Shown here piece by piece: positions 50,401 through 63,378 of a DNA stretch of 64,000 nucleotides (its first letter is position 1; each line of letters begins with the position of its first letter). This DNA comes from Zygnema circumcarinatum SAG 698-1b (taxonomy: Eukaryota > Plantae > Zygnematophyceae). The DNA lies in assembly GCA_037447605.1 (NCBI GenBank), contig CM074815.1, positions 1,550,001 to 1,614,000 of the forward strand, in the 5' to 3' direction. The position numbers were made by a program, and so were the translations under genes. The notes below the pieces were generated by a model. The model did not search any database and had not been told where the DNA came from. It saw only the letters and a program-made list of their open reading frames with translations.

Positions 50401-51387
50401 ATGGGAAGACAACACACCTTCTGTCCAGCCATAATGTCGCTCAAATCTGCCTCAATCAAAGACCCTTTCACATTTTCTAGCGCCTTCGCCGCCACACTTG
50501 CAGCTTCCAGCCCAAAGCTTTTCGAACTAAAGCGGACCTGTCTCACTCACACCCAACACATACGAAGCGCTCCAAAACATAAGCGCCTTCTTCAAGCTTC
50601 ATAGCAAGTCGGAACATTATCTACCAAACAACGTGTAAGCATTCAAATAGCCAAAAGAAATGCATTGGCCATCAGCTATATACCTTGGTGATAGGCGAGG
50701 TAAAAAGACGTTGCAAAAGCTCCTCTGCACGCTTCTCGGTCAGAAATTCACGTGCTCCAATGGACAGATCCACCTGCTTGCATACCGAAATCTTCTCGTA
50801 AGAGAGAGTTCCATGAACAAAACCAATGGTAAAGGCTTAACCCCTATGCTCCTAGCATCATTGTCGAAACTAACAAACAATGAATTCAGGTGACTCACAA
50901 TTAGATTATCTTCTTCCATCTTCGTGTCTTCAACTGGTCGTAGCTTTGAGAGAATCCTGCTGCTGGCAGAGCCTGCATATATTTTGATTAAATCTGCTGG
51001 CTTCAAGGTCTCATCCTTTGATTTTTCGTCCGCCGCCAGAAATGCAGCCTGCTCAATCTCCTCAGCGTACGTGGAAGCAATTGTGCTGTCGATTCGTTGT
51101 ACCTGCAGCATAAAAGATGCCTGAAACATGTTTAAAAAGCATCGAAACATGTTTAAAAAGCATCGAAACTAAGTTACATCCAAAATCAGCAATTCCTTCA
51201 GAGTCAGCATCCTGTGCAGCTGGTGCGAGGTCTGAAAGAGCACTTAGTGATGCGGGCACACCTTCTCGCTAAAGAATGTCAGTGCAGCCAAATTGGCACT
51301 TATCCTCTCCACAGTACGGGCGCGAATGCGCTGCTCCAAAGGCCAATAGTCATAGGCAGACACGGCTACCTCCGCGTTCTCCGCCAT
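47464..51387 (-). CDS. RanGAP: Ran GTPase-activating protein with N-terminal WPP-like domain, LRRs and acidic tail
   Basis: YWPLEQRIRARTVERISANL..FFSEK...AEEIEQAAF (WPP domain), SKSFGLEAASVAA, EADLSDIMAG, LDLSDNAFGEKGIRA, FHFHNNMSG, FRFSSTRVGSEGG, LNLNGNYISSDGI and DENDEE acidic C-terminus. Confidence 0.95.
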
Positions 51388-51406
51388 GGCTGCCCTGAGC
51401 ACCTCT

Positions 51407-51463
51407 GCTGCTATGCACTCCCCGCTGCTATGCACACCCCGCTGCTATGCACACCCCGCTGCT
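51407..51463. repeat. 17-bp tandem repeat (GCTGCTATGCACACCCC), about 3.3 copies, just upstream of the RanGAP start
   Basis: Units start at 51407, 51424, 51441 and 51458. Confidence 0.9.
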
Positions 51464-51683
51464 TAATTGGCCAAGACACTACCCTTCCCTAAAAAGCGCC
51501 CTCCAGCTAAAATTTGAACTCACGCGAAACGTATCGTCAGTGCTGTACTAATTCTGATCGGAATTTCAAGTAAAATTAGCTAAGAATGAATACATACCTT
51601 TGTTGCGTCAAGCGGCTGCGCGGCTTGGAGGGGTATTGGAGGGTTGGAGACACCGAGCAAGCTTTGCAGCTCCTGCAGGAGCC

Positions 51684-53344
51684 ATGGCCATGGAGCTCCA
51701 TCAGGCAGCAAGAGCCGGAGACATGGCTGCCGCTCGGCAGATGCTTGCAGAGCCCGGGCTCGATGTGAATTCTCGCGATACACATAACAGGACACCGTAT
51801 CTTTTTCCACTCCCCTCGTTTCCTCTCTTATGCTCTTTTCTCCATACTCTGTGCGTGTCCTTTGTCTGAAGGTTCATTTTTTCTTACTGCTTTAAACATG
51901 ATAAAATTTCCTTTCGAAGGATAAATAGATTAAAACGTCTAGAAAATTTGAATGTTTTACGTTTGTCTGACCTGCTCGGCCGTTGTTATCTTCTATTTTG
52001 GTTGTTGCGGCAAGCGTAGCCCTTCCACAGGTCTTCGCCTTTTGTCTCGTTTTCGTTCCTTTCTGTGTTTTCAAAACGCATGTATACGATTTATCGTGTA
52101 TTCTATCTGTTGACTGACTTCGAGTAACCAGGATCTCCTTATGTAGTGAACTAGAATGATTTTCCGGTAGATTCCAGCTCAGGGGTTTGGCCTTGCATTA
52201 TTGTCGGTTGTCACCTTTGTGTTCAAAGGTTATTTATGGAGACAAGGAAATCTAGTCATTTGGCTTGTTGGAATATAGAAAAGAAGCTTGTCTATGCTTT
52301 AGTATATATGCCAAAGAGCTTATCCGCCATCGTGAAATTCTCGGTAACTAGACTCATCAAATCAGAGTCTAAACAGAACTTGCAAGTTTTTGATGCGATA
52401 TCCTCTCTGCATATTGTGTGGTCTTGACGCAACTATTCCTGGACTTACTGGACGAATGTGCTAAAGGCCCTGAAGTGTACTCTCTGAAGCAGTTTATGCT
52501 CTCCTTGATTATCAACAGACTTCATCTGGCAGCGTGGGCTGGGCAAACGGAAATGGTTCAGCTTCTTTGTGAACATAATGCAGCAGTTGGTGCTACTGCT
52601 GTCGATGACATGTCAGCTTTGCACTTTGCATGTCAGAAAGGGCATACGGAGACTGTTCGCACATTGCTGGCGGCAGGCGCTAAAGCGAACAGCAATACCA
52701 AGAAGGGTTTCAGTCCTTTACATTATGCTGTTCAAGGAAGACATTTGCCCATTATTAGACTAATAGCAAGAAGAAGCCCACAACTACTCAATTTGCCCAA
52801 CAAGAAGGGTCAGACACCGAAGGATCTGGCAAACAGTGACGAAGTGCAAATTTTGTTGAAGGAGTTAGAGAGGGAAGCCGGTGAAAAGGAGAAGAAAAAA
52901 TCTGGAAAAGTGAAGAAGCCAGAAGTAGAGAGAGCTAGCGATGTTGCGCCATCTGTCAGAGATTCAGTGGATGGACGAATCCCATCTAGAGCAGATGATA
53001 GAAACGACAGTTGTGATAGACCAGAGAGGAGTGCTGAGCTTGATAGGAGATTGGGAGAAAATCCACAGAAAGGAGATACGGATGGAGGGGCCGCAGTTAC
53101 ACGTACTGACAATGTTGAACACTTTAGTGAAGCCACGCATCCATCAGATGATCCGGCAGCTTTAGCGGGTGAAAAGGAGCATAGAATTGTGAGTGGCAAT
53201 GGGGCAAGCGAAAGTAAGGTTCACGGGGAGGTAAGGCCGGGCCCATCTCTGGAGGCGGATAGGCAACGGAAAAAGGCGAAGGTGGCTCTGAGTCATCTTG
53301 GCTTCAGCGATAATGGAGAAGATGACCATGAAGAAGCGAGTTAG
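51684..53344 (+). CDS. Ankyrin-repeat protein, 2 exons (51684-51796, 52519-53344)
   Basis: MELHQAARAGD...VNSRDTHNRTP|LHLAAWAGQ...ALHFACQKGH...SPLHYAVQG...KKGQTPKDLA (four ankyrin repeats), followed by a charged tail ending KKAKVALSHL...acidic. Confidence 0.93.
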
Positions 53345-53980
53345 TCGTACAGTTAGCTGATCAACGTAGTCAACAATCCAATAATTTGAGTCCTTTCAAG
53401 CGAGTGCGGCAACAGCGGAAAGTGGCATTGTGCTCTGTGCTTGGTGCTTGCGTGTGTACGTTTTTTTGCGCCTATGCAGCTGAGCTCCGCTCTGAGCTCT
53501 GAGCTCTGCAGCTGAGCTCTGTTTTCCGTAGAAATCCCAAGGAGCAATTTTGAGCCGTTTCAATTAGTGATAAAACTGAAGCTGAAGCTTTTTTTCAGAA
53601 ACAGTTCGTGTGTTTATCAGCAGGGGCCGACGCATCTCTTAGTGATGCCTGTGTCTTTTGTCCTTTTGAAGAGAGGAGAGGAAGTGCATTAGGGTTTTTG
53701 TGAGCTTGTGTCTGACTGCTGTCCTACTGCTGAGAATGTTCAAGAGAGTCAGTTCAGCTGTTCCCTGTCACGATCATGGCCAGGTTGCAAGCATGCCTAG
53801 GCAAGAAGCGCAACTGAGCGGCTCAACTGAGCGTTGTCTTCCCGCGCTTTGTGCACCTTCACTGACTAAACAATATTGTAAAACTTCAACTTCGTGGCTG
53901 ACTTCCACATACGTTGGTTCTTCATTTTTACCTTTTCTATGTACATTTGATGCTGTCGCCATCATGAGATCACAACCTTT

Positions 53981-54149
53981 CACAGGTCGGACCATTAGAC
54001 CAACCATTCGACTGGTTGCCAACCATTGGCGGCGGATCACAACAACCATTCGAATGGTTCGAAACCAGTGGATGCCAATTGCCAATTGCCATCCAATGGT
54101 TGTCCAATGGTTGTCCAATGGTTGCCGATCCAATGTGCACCGACCTGTG
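53981..54149. mobile_element. MITE-like AACCATT/AATGGTT palindromic element, copy 2, with 10-bp terminal inverted repeat
   Basis: CACAGGTCGG (53981-53990) and CCGACCTGTG (54140-54149) form a perfect inverted pair; about 7 internal AACCATT/AATGGTT units. No TSD recognised. Confidence 0.55.
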
Positions 54150-54700
54150 CAATCTTTCAGCTGCTTTTAGTCAAACATTCAAGCTCCATGCAGGAAAAAG
54201 TGCGTTTTCTTAAGACCTTTACAGAATGAAGGGTGAATTGGCATTGCTCTCGGTATGGCTACGCCTTCAAGTGTACATCGACAAAGACTAAATGTAAACC
54301 CAATGTGAACCGCTCACAGAATTTTCCTTTTCTCACAGAAGACCCACTCTTTTTCTTCTTCTTTTTCTTTAAAACGAAAGAAAGGCTGTGAGTGGCACTC
54401 TCCTTCCAGATACCCAACAACACAAAGCCCCAAAAGCAGTTAGACGCACCATAACTTACCCATGTGGACCCACCCACCCTACTACAAAGGCAGGGTGCAC
54501 ATGCCCACACAGTTCAACCGTCACGTTCCACGGAGCGTTCCCCACATAGAACCCGACGCCAAACGCGACAGCGTAGCGTAGCAGGGCACGCTGCTTCCCG
54601 CACGTGCGGCGGCGTGCGGCAGGGCAGGAGGCGCCGGAGGTGGGCGCCATGGACGGGCGGCCCCTCGCCCGCAGAGCAGAGCGCGCGCCCTCCCTCGCCC

Positions 54701-57700
54701 ATGACTTGGCGGAGGGCGGCCGCGCTCCTCCGCTCGGCGGGCCGGCTCGGGGGGGAGAGCAGGCCGGGCAAGGAGGGGGCGGGGGCGGAGGTGCTGCGCG
54801 GGAGGAGAGCGTTCGGGGGGGAGGCGAGAGGACAGCTGCAGGATGGGGTCGGGAGGGAGAAGGGGCCGAGGGGGCGGCTTACTTGGGTATGTATGGGAAG
54901 CTGATGTTGTTTTTCGGTTCTTGTTTGGAGGGTTTTTGCAATGCGAAGCTGTGAGGGGTGGGCCGGCGGAGATGAGTTGTGTCTGGAGGCTAGTGAGAGC
55001 ATGTCACGTTCAAGGGTTAGGTCTGGCTGGTGGCAGTTTAGGTCGAGGAGCCTGTGCTCGACATGCTTTTAGTTTTTCAGTAGGATCATGTTTTCATGGT
55101 TAGCTTAATCCTATTAAGCTTCTGAGACATTTCCTCTACGGATGAGTTCGGCTCCCTTCACGAAAAGCGTTTTGTTGCCGCTTGTCAAAGGCGAGGGTTT
55201 GGCAGACTTAGAGTGATAGCTTTTCCTCACCCTTTAATGAATGAATACATGGCAAGTTGATCACATGTTTTGTTTTTTGCGGTATGGTTCTTTTTTAATG
55301 ACAGCTGGCAGTTCTTATGGTATGGTGGAAGTCTTATTTAAATCTGTTCGAAAGTGGAAGGAAGGATTAAGAAAGTTGCAGAAGCTCGTAGGTGGAGAGT
55401 CAAACAGTTAGGAGTACAATTCACAAGTGAGCTGGAACCGTCTTTGTAAGAACCTTCTTGTCGCTGAAGGGTCGCCGATCTGCAGAATTGGAACGAGCAC
55501 CAAGTGCTGAAGTTCAGAAATTAATAGAAATTCTAAATAGTGGATTCTTCTATGACAGCTGGAATGGGATCACCTTGAAACTGAAGTGGGAACTGACAAG
55601 CGTGAGAGGGTCGGTGAGCTTGGAATAGTGCATCCACAGATGCTCTTCAAGATAGGTCAAGCTGAAGCACTGTATGAGCTAGCTTAGAAGACGAGATTTG
55701 GCACTATGGCGGTTTCAAGTAACAACGTTTGTTGGTCTGGCGGATAGAGAGTTGTTGCCCTTCCTCCCAGTAGATGTTCTCATCAATAGACTTGTCGCAT
55801 CATCGAGCGAAGACAATTGGTAGTATGACCGGAAAGGAAACTTTTCAATTATTTTGGGCTTACTTTGTTGGAGAAGTGCATGAACACATCCTCAATGACT
55901 AAGAGCATATGTTGATGAGGGTGCAGAAACGTGGTTTGGGAGCATTGGGACTCATGACTTTCATCGGTGGAGGTGCATATGCAAGCACTCGAGACCCCGG
56001 CACCATCAGGTGCATCTGAAAGGAGCTCACATCGCCACTCTGTTTTGTTCAGTAGGCGGCTGGAAGTTGCTTACAGTTATGCAGTGTGAATAGTCGAGAG
56101 TTACTGCCAATCTAGTGTGGTTTATAAACTTTACATGCATTTTTACAAGGTCGATTTCTTCTGCATTTTTAAAGGTCTCAATCGTTGCTTTCTAGCAAAA
56201 CTGAATGGGAATTCACTCTACAGGAGCATGAACGCTGCATTCCATCTCATATCAATACCAAACTGTCTTGCAAATGGGCCTCAGTGGGACATAACTCAGA
56301 CTTCCTTTAGCTTTGGATGCTCCTTGCACGTTCTCTGACTCCCATTTTGCCTTTCATACTTGGTTTGCAGCTCGTGGGCTTTCAAAGGAAGCGATTTCTT
56401 CGCTCCTTTGATGCGAATTTTGGATCCTGAAGATGCACACTCGATAGCTCTTTGGCTCGCAGCTCACAGCATCGTTCCTCGTGAAAGGCGACCTGACCCC
56501 CCCTCTCTTTCCATCCAAGTGTGGGGACGCACGTTCCCAAACCCACTTGGGTTGGCAGCAGGGTTTGACAAGAATGCAGAAGCAGTGGAGGGTCTTTTGG
56601 GGCTTGGCTTTGGCTTTGTGGAGATTGGCTCAGTGACCCCTGTGCCGCAAGAAGGGAACCCTCGTCCAAGAGTGTTCCGCATCCCGGAGCAGAAGTAAGC
56701 TTTGGCATCAATCTCACTTTGGGTCAGTTTTTTTGTCGTGGAATGCTGCAAACAAACCCATGCAGTTAAGGAGGTCTTTGTGAACGCAGATGACTTTGGG
56801 GGAGGACGTGTTTAAATCATTTTGTTTCACGATAAATGGACCCTACTTAGCTTTCTGCGTTGTTGAAATTAAGTGGACGCAAATGCAAATGCAAATGCAA
56901 ATGCATGTACTGATTACCGTGCATGCTATAACTTTGCTGACTGCTAACTTTGCTGACTTTGCTGTGTAACTTTGCTGACTGTTCTATGCCTCCGTTAATG
57001 ACTTGAGTCACCTTCATGTGGCCTTCCTTTGTGTTCAAAGTAGTCAGCATCAATCCAGTGGTTTAACCAAACGTTGTTTTCCCTCGTCTGACATGGCTTT
57101 GTCATCCACAATGTATTCCTTTAGGGCAATCATAAACCGCTATGGCTTCAACAGCCAAGGAATTGAAGTGGTGGCGGAGCGTCTTGGGGCCCAAAATGGG
57201 AGGAGACGAACAGCAGAGAAGCCGGAGGGGCTGAAGACTGCCAAAGAGAATCCGGGCCGGAAATGGGCAAAGGGTTTGGTGGGGGTGAATCTGGGAAAGA
57301 ATAAGACAAGTGAAGATGCAACAGGAGACTACGTGCAGGGGGTGCACAGTCTCGCACAGTATTCCGACTATCTGGTGAGAGGCTGCAAAGGCAAGCTGCC
57401 ACACCGCACTGTATATGGCTCATTCTCTCTTCGCTTCAATGTCTGGTGATAACCATGTGTGACTGCTCATATCCAGTTGAACAAAGCTCAGATGGGTTGT
57501 TCAACCTGATAATGTGTGAACCTGTTACGTGAGTCTTCGTGGTTTATTTGGGATTCGTGATGTTCATATCTATAGCATGCAATTTCTATGTTGTTTGCAT
57601 GCGTTGTTGTGACGGGAGGATGGTATCTGCAGGTGGTGAATGTTTCCTCGCCCAACACCCCCGGTCTACGTCGTCTGCAGAACCGAAAGCAGCTACAGGA

Positions 57701-59943
57701 GCTGCTTAAGGAGGTGAGTGAGAGATCGTGCATGCAGCCTTCGTCTTCTGGCTTATATTCCTAAAGCGGTGATGTGTTTTTGGGTGGCGCAGGTAACAAT
57801 AGGAGGATAGTGCCCTTTTGTGGTGGATGCAATTACAAGCACCCTAACGTTTGGAGGGTTGTCATGAGCTGCAGGTGTTGGCAGCTCGTGATGAAATGCA
57901 GTGGGGGGAAGTCGGCCCACCCCCTCTTCTTGTGAAGATTGCTCCCGATCTCACACGGCAAGACATGGCGGACATTGCCGCCGTAAGGGTCTCCTCCTGA
58001 ATGTCGCGTGGTTTCAATGCACTTCTTTCAGTTGCAGCCTGCAGTTTGCCAGAGGATAAGATTCATCTTTCCTTCTCACGTGTCTGCACTGCATTCATGC
58101 ATTGAAGCTGAGGTTGGGGACAAGGAGCAATATAAGAAAACGGCTTCTTTATTTCTGTGTACTCATGAATGCCTTGGAACTTCACTTATTGAAATGGGCA
58201 ATAAACTATGAATCATAACAAGTCTTTTTATACTTTTTAATCACTTGAGTGTGACTTTTCTCATCGGAAGGTGACGGTTTGTCAGTCTTCCCGCCCTCCT
58301 CACACTAAGCGTTGGCAGGTTGGTGATGGGTGGTCAGGTTGCCTTAGCTCTGCGATTGGATGGCTTGGTGAGTATTCACACACTTGAATGATTTCATCTC
58401 TTCATTTTTCCTCCCTACTATCGAGCAGGATGCGCATGCATCACACACACCGAAAGCAAGTCGTACGATTTTCTTGACTTTGAACTGTTTTACCTGTGAG
58501 TTAGACCTGAGATAATAGAGAGGCTGGAGGAAACGTTCGCAAAAGCGTACATATGAAGAATGCAATGTTGGGTTTGGGGGAGGCAGATTGTCTCCAACAC
58601 AACAGTTGCTCGCCCTGATTCCATTCTCGGCTGCGTGCATTCTCATCAGCCGGGGGGGCTCAGTGGCAAACCTTTGTTTGCTCTTTCTACAGACGTTCTG
58701 CGAGAGATGTACCGGCTCACAAAGGTGGGCTGCATAGACTCCATCACAGGTTTAATGCTTTCAGACACATCGAGAATGCAGCATTAGCTTGCTTCCTTCA
58801 CAGGAATGGTGCATGTGCAGTAGGCTAGTTTTCACATTATTTGTCTCGTTGTTCGGTTCGTCCAAAACCTATGAAGTACCCTGAGCATGAGACAACTTGA
58901 GTACTTTGTAGGTTGAGCTATTATGCAGGAAACTATGGCAGGGCTTAAGGAATGAAGATAAGCATATCCACAGTTGCGTAGATAAGCATGTATCTCAACC
59001 AGCCCTTGCTGCCTATTCTGCCTCTTGAGTCAAAGTCAATCGCTCAGGTTGCTTCTTGACCATCTTCCTGGAGTAAAGTAAATGTGAAACTGCTGTCACT
59101 AGAAGATTGAGGAGGGAATGTTTGGGTGGTTTACGGTATGGAGCAGGGAAAAATTCCAATAGTTGGTTGTGGGGGGATCTTTAGGTGGGTCCGCATCCAC
59201 TCTGCACCCACCTTTCTTTTTTGAGGAATTGATGATTGACTGCAAATCGCAATGGCTTTGGTTTTACTGTCCTTTAACCTTTTAACCTTTTGCCTGTCCT
59301 TTCACCAGAATGGCTTACTGAAAGAATCATGTGAATTATGTGACTCTTAAAACCTGAAGGCTATTCGCACTGACTTAAGGGGCTGTTTGTGTTGCTTATC
59401 TGCAGCGGCCGTGATGCCTACGAAAAGATTCGTGCAGGTGCATGTTTGGTGCAGATATGGACTGCCCTTCCTTATGAGGGACCCGGGGTTGTCCCCCGAA
59501 TAAAGGTCAGAAGTAATTCCCCGTATACGGTTGAGTCTATTGCAAGAATTCAATTGATAGTACAGTTAAAGGCAGCGAATGCGTTGTCCGGTGCTCAACT
59601 GATCATATAGGTCGGTCATGATCGATTTTTTGGAGCACAGATGCGGAGAAGGGATGCAGTAGCTCTATGTTTGCTGGCCTTCATTGAATAGTGATGAGAT
59701 TATAATGTGACCGGAAGTTAATCTCTTCGGCCTGTCAGAAAAAAACTGAGTTGAATTCTAGGTTCTAGGTTCTGGGAGCCGTGCTTATACGTTGCGGATT
59801 CTTCTCTGTCGGAAAGGGCACAGCAGAGGCAGCCACTGATGACAATAAATGGATGAGTGGGGATGCAGGCGGAACTTGCTGAGCTTTTGGCTGCAGATGG
59901 GTTCACCCATGTGGCTGAAGCTATTGGGGCAGACCATAGGTGA
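54701..59943 (+). CDS. DHODH: Dihydroorotate dehydrogenase (quinone), class 2, mitochondrial, multi-exon
   Basis: Arg/Ala-rich presequence [12 protein letters not shown], transmembrane segment [107 protein letters not shown] and GADHR*. Confidence 0.98.
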
Positions 59944-60082
59944 GAGCGACCTTCAGTCGGCCTTTTGGGAAATTAGGGTTTGACAGAGCTTTAGAGGCTT
60001 CACCCTTGTTAGGAACAAGCAGTGAGGTCGCACTCTTACGGCTTCAGCGGTTGCAAAGACCATTGGTACGATGCCTAGAAGC

Positions 60083-60130
60083 CATGACATGACATGGAGC
60101 ATGTGCATGCATGGCATGGCATGGCATGGC
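60083..60130. repeat. CATG/CATGG short array including CATGCATG (RY-like)
   Basis: gccatgacatgacatggagcatgtgcatgcatggcatggcatggcatgg. Confidence 0.75.
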
Positions 60131-61166
60131 CGGGTGGCTCCCTGAATGGTCGAAGATGATATGGACGGGCAACAGAAAGCGCCATCGTTGTGCTCCTATT
60201 GTGCTGCCAAGCTGGCTGGGGACACAGGCGTGTACATGTAGGCGTAAAGGAGAGGTTGGCTTTATGCAGACGGGACACTGTCTATTGTGTTGGTACTAGG
60301 GACATGCTCATGGTGAGCTCCACTTTAGTCTGTGGGGGGGAACCAAGTAAAAGGCTACTGCTCTATTTCATGTATACAGTCCCCATTGGCGCCAGCCAAT
60401 TGGCGGCACTTTTGGGTTCAAACCACGAAGCTTTTCGATCAACGAGGTTCAGTAATGTCAGCCTTTGGCTTCTCCCCTTAAGACCTTCTGCCTGCGCTTG
60501 CTCTCTATCTCCAAGGTTTAGCAGAAGCGGTGCTTGTGTGAACGTACACTCTCTCTCTCTCTCTCTCTCTTCACTTGCAGTGGAAGCATGGAAGCTTTGT
60601 AAAGATCAGCATGGATCGCCACTTCTATGTAAGCTACAGACAATCTTCAGCCACTCGGGAATAAGTAGTAAAGGCAATCTGCGATTTAATGCCGAGTGCC
60701 ACTTTCTGGTTCATCCATTGTTTCTTGAAGTAAAACTGAAATATAATCAAGTGCATGATGACTTAAGAAAACGACCGACGAATGAATCGAATGGTTTGAA
60801 CTTGTTCACACACATAAAGCCTAATCATTTTCATCAGCGACATTTTAGAAGCACTAGATCAAGTTCAAATGTTCAACTGGAAACAAGCTGCAAACCTCCG
60901 AGTTTAACGTTAGTTTGAACTTGGAATTCAAAGAGATCGACATATAGACAGTGGTGTGGCCATCGACGGTGTGAAACGGTGCCTCCCTCGTCACACAGTC
61001 ATCGGACGGCAGAAAACGTTTCTCTGTTCAGATGGGTTTTACAGCGATACCGTTCAGATGATTTCTGTGCCCAAATTCTTGCGTTCTTTAAACGTTTTGG
61101 GCTTTCTGTTTGCGGCTGCTTCGAGGGAGGGCTTCAAGCGTTCTTGAGCCTAGGCGTTGCTTTCCG

Positions 61167-61244
61167 CCAGTTCCTCGTGGTTCCCCACGCTGATTTTGGC
61201 CATGTACATTTGATGGCATCATCGCCATCGTGAGATCAATGCCA
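61167..61244 (+). repeat. 78-bp dispersed repeat, copy B
   Basis: 74/78 identical to 12768-12845. Confidence 0.9.
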
Positions 61245-61495
61245 CATCCTTTCTTTCTTTTTGTATGGTGTCGCCTTCGCTTTCGTGCGGGCCCCGCATG
61301 ATTGCAAGGAGGACGATGCGAATGCGGAAGGGTTGAACGGAGATGCTCCTCCTGCCTTTGGAAATCCTGATGCTTTGCTGCTGACGAGCAGCTGGGATTG
61401 AGGGCAGCCGAGCGAGGTGCATTTCTCAGCTTTGGCTACTTTTGACAATCCCTTATTTGCCTTCGTTTTCTGTTGGCATCTCCCTCTCGCTTCAG

Positions 61496-62706
61496 ACCTG
61501 CTACTGCAGTGGCGACATTGTACGGGCCCATTTTTCGCAGCTTCTTGAATACAGTAGGTGGTGTTCCGTATATTCTGCATCACCTAGCAAACTCTCTAGA
61601 CGCTAACCTCCTGAAATTTGAATCTTGGAGCCAAACCGTAAGTAAATTTTTGTATTCTAAATTCTGAAACCCTGAGACACTAAACCCTGCTGTTCCATTC
61701 TGAGCGCATCAGTACGGCATTCAAAGAGAGGCTCTTTACTCGTGTCCTGTGCTTGTTTGGGCGGGGGGCTATTGCAGGCGCCGCCTGATACTGTCGAAAA
61801 GGCAATTGCCACTTTATGTGATATCATGATTGCAGCAGCAGACAACAATCTTTCAGAAGAAGGCAAGGGTGAATCAGCATCCTTGCTCGGGATCTCTAAA
61901 GCCTCCTCGGCAGCCGTCCCTGCAGATTTTCAGGAGAAAATAATTGAAACCAGAGAGCCCATAATAACTTCAGAGTTTGGAGTCCCGAGCTTCAGCCAGC
62001 TGCAGTGGCGTCTGGACGTGCAGGTAAGCCCTTATGCCTCACTGTGCTTCCTATCAAATCCAATGCCATGGTAAGGCTTTTTGCAAACACAGAGGAGTAA
62101 TGGGTGCCTCGAAGACGATAATAGGGTCGTTCTGCAGATGGGTGTTTGCGCTTTTTGTTGGAGAACCTTATTTGCCTGTTTCCGTAGAGGCTGGGTGAAA
62201 GAGCCTAGTGAAACTTGAAGCAAATTGCCACAGGGATCGCTGAATGGTGTACTGTCTGAGGGAGTGGGCATGAGTGGCCGATGCCTGTCTACAATATGTA
62301 CTATAGGCTACGCATTGGCAGCATAGCGGAATCTGGTAATTAGCACCTTCTTTAACGCGTTAGCACACTTGATCGTATTCTACCTTTTTTCATGCTAGCA
62401 GTGGCTTCGGCTTAACGTCATTCTAGATTTGATATGCAGCTTGCAGGCAGGAGCCTGCGGCATCAAGCAGCGCCTTCATTTTTGCTCAAGCTGAAAACGA
62501 AGCCCTGCCATGTGACCAGCTCCTCTGAAGGAGCTCAAGAGCTACCTATCGCATTCAGTGAGGAGGAGTCTGCCGGTGAAGATGAAGAGGTGCAGTACTT
62601 GGTTTCTGACTTTGAGACTCTGAAGCAAGTTTGCAGGACTCTTGAACAGGCATTGGTAGAAGCAAAGTCCGGAAGGGCCAGACGGATTATGCAATATGTG
62701 AAGTGA
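61496..62706 (+). CDS. COMMD2: COMM-domain protein, COMMD2-like; 5' end not resolved
   Basis: Exons ~61496-61637 (tentative), 61778-62023 and ~62435-62706 give ...PSFSQLQWRLDVQ|LAGRSLRHQAAPSFLLKL...SDFETLKQVCRTLEQALVEAKSGRARRIMQYVK*. Recalled human COMMD2 reads PSYHNLEWRLDVQLASRSLRQQ...LEQALEEMKTNHCRRVVRNIK. Confidence 0.85.
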
Positions 62707-63310
62707 ATGAAGGCTGGAAAGGATGGAGGTTGACGTATGCATTGCTAATAGGTTTATGGGTGTAGTGGGTATTATGCGGATATGCGTACCCATTAGTATA
62801 AAGCTGTATAGACATGTACATTGCTGCTGTGCGGTTGGAAGAGAATGTGACAGCCTTAAGGTCTACTCTGGGGAAGAGATGTGGCATTGAGGAGTCCTGT
62901 CGTCAGCTGTTCCTAGGCTCCCTGGTTTAAGTGTATTTTCAACAATAATGACAGAAAATGAAGAAGCAAAAACAGGGGAGAAGAGACACAATAAAGAGAA
63001 ATAAAGAACAGAGAGAGAGTGTGTGTGTGTGAGAAAGGCTGATAAGGCTAATGACTTAGTACACGTCTTATCAGTGTGGCTGATTTCCTACTGAAGAGAG
63101 GCAATACGATATTAGCGCTCTTCATTTCCGTACAGATTTTCCCATTAGACCTCTTGACGCATTCGCACTTGGAGAGACAATAGACACTTGAATAAGCACG
63201 CTCCGCCGAGCCGCCTTTTGGTTTGAAGGGGCAGCGCGTCCAGGGCGGGCGGCTGCCTGTCCCGCCCGCACGAGAGAATCGCCTCACAGGGCCGCCCAAT
63301 CCTAGAGACT

Positions 63311-63378
63311 GCCTCCCTCCCTCCCTCCCTCCCTCCCTCCCTCCCCTCCCCCTNNNNNNNNNNCCTCCCTCCCTCCCT
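63311..63378. repeat. (CCCT)n microsatellite containing a 10-N gap (63354-63363)
   Basis: Directly visible. Confidence 0.95.

Noticed and set aside
56878-56982. (GCAAAT)n octamer-like run and repeated ACTTTGCTG units in a DHODH intron
   Set aside because: Short intronic microsatellites with no evidence of function.
61863-61925. Possible 63-nt GC-AG intron in COMMD2 that would give SEEDFQE
   Set aside because: The unspliced reading matches recalled human COMMD2 in length and pattern (ESASLLGIS versus DSVFVLGFS), so the segment is probably coding.
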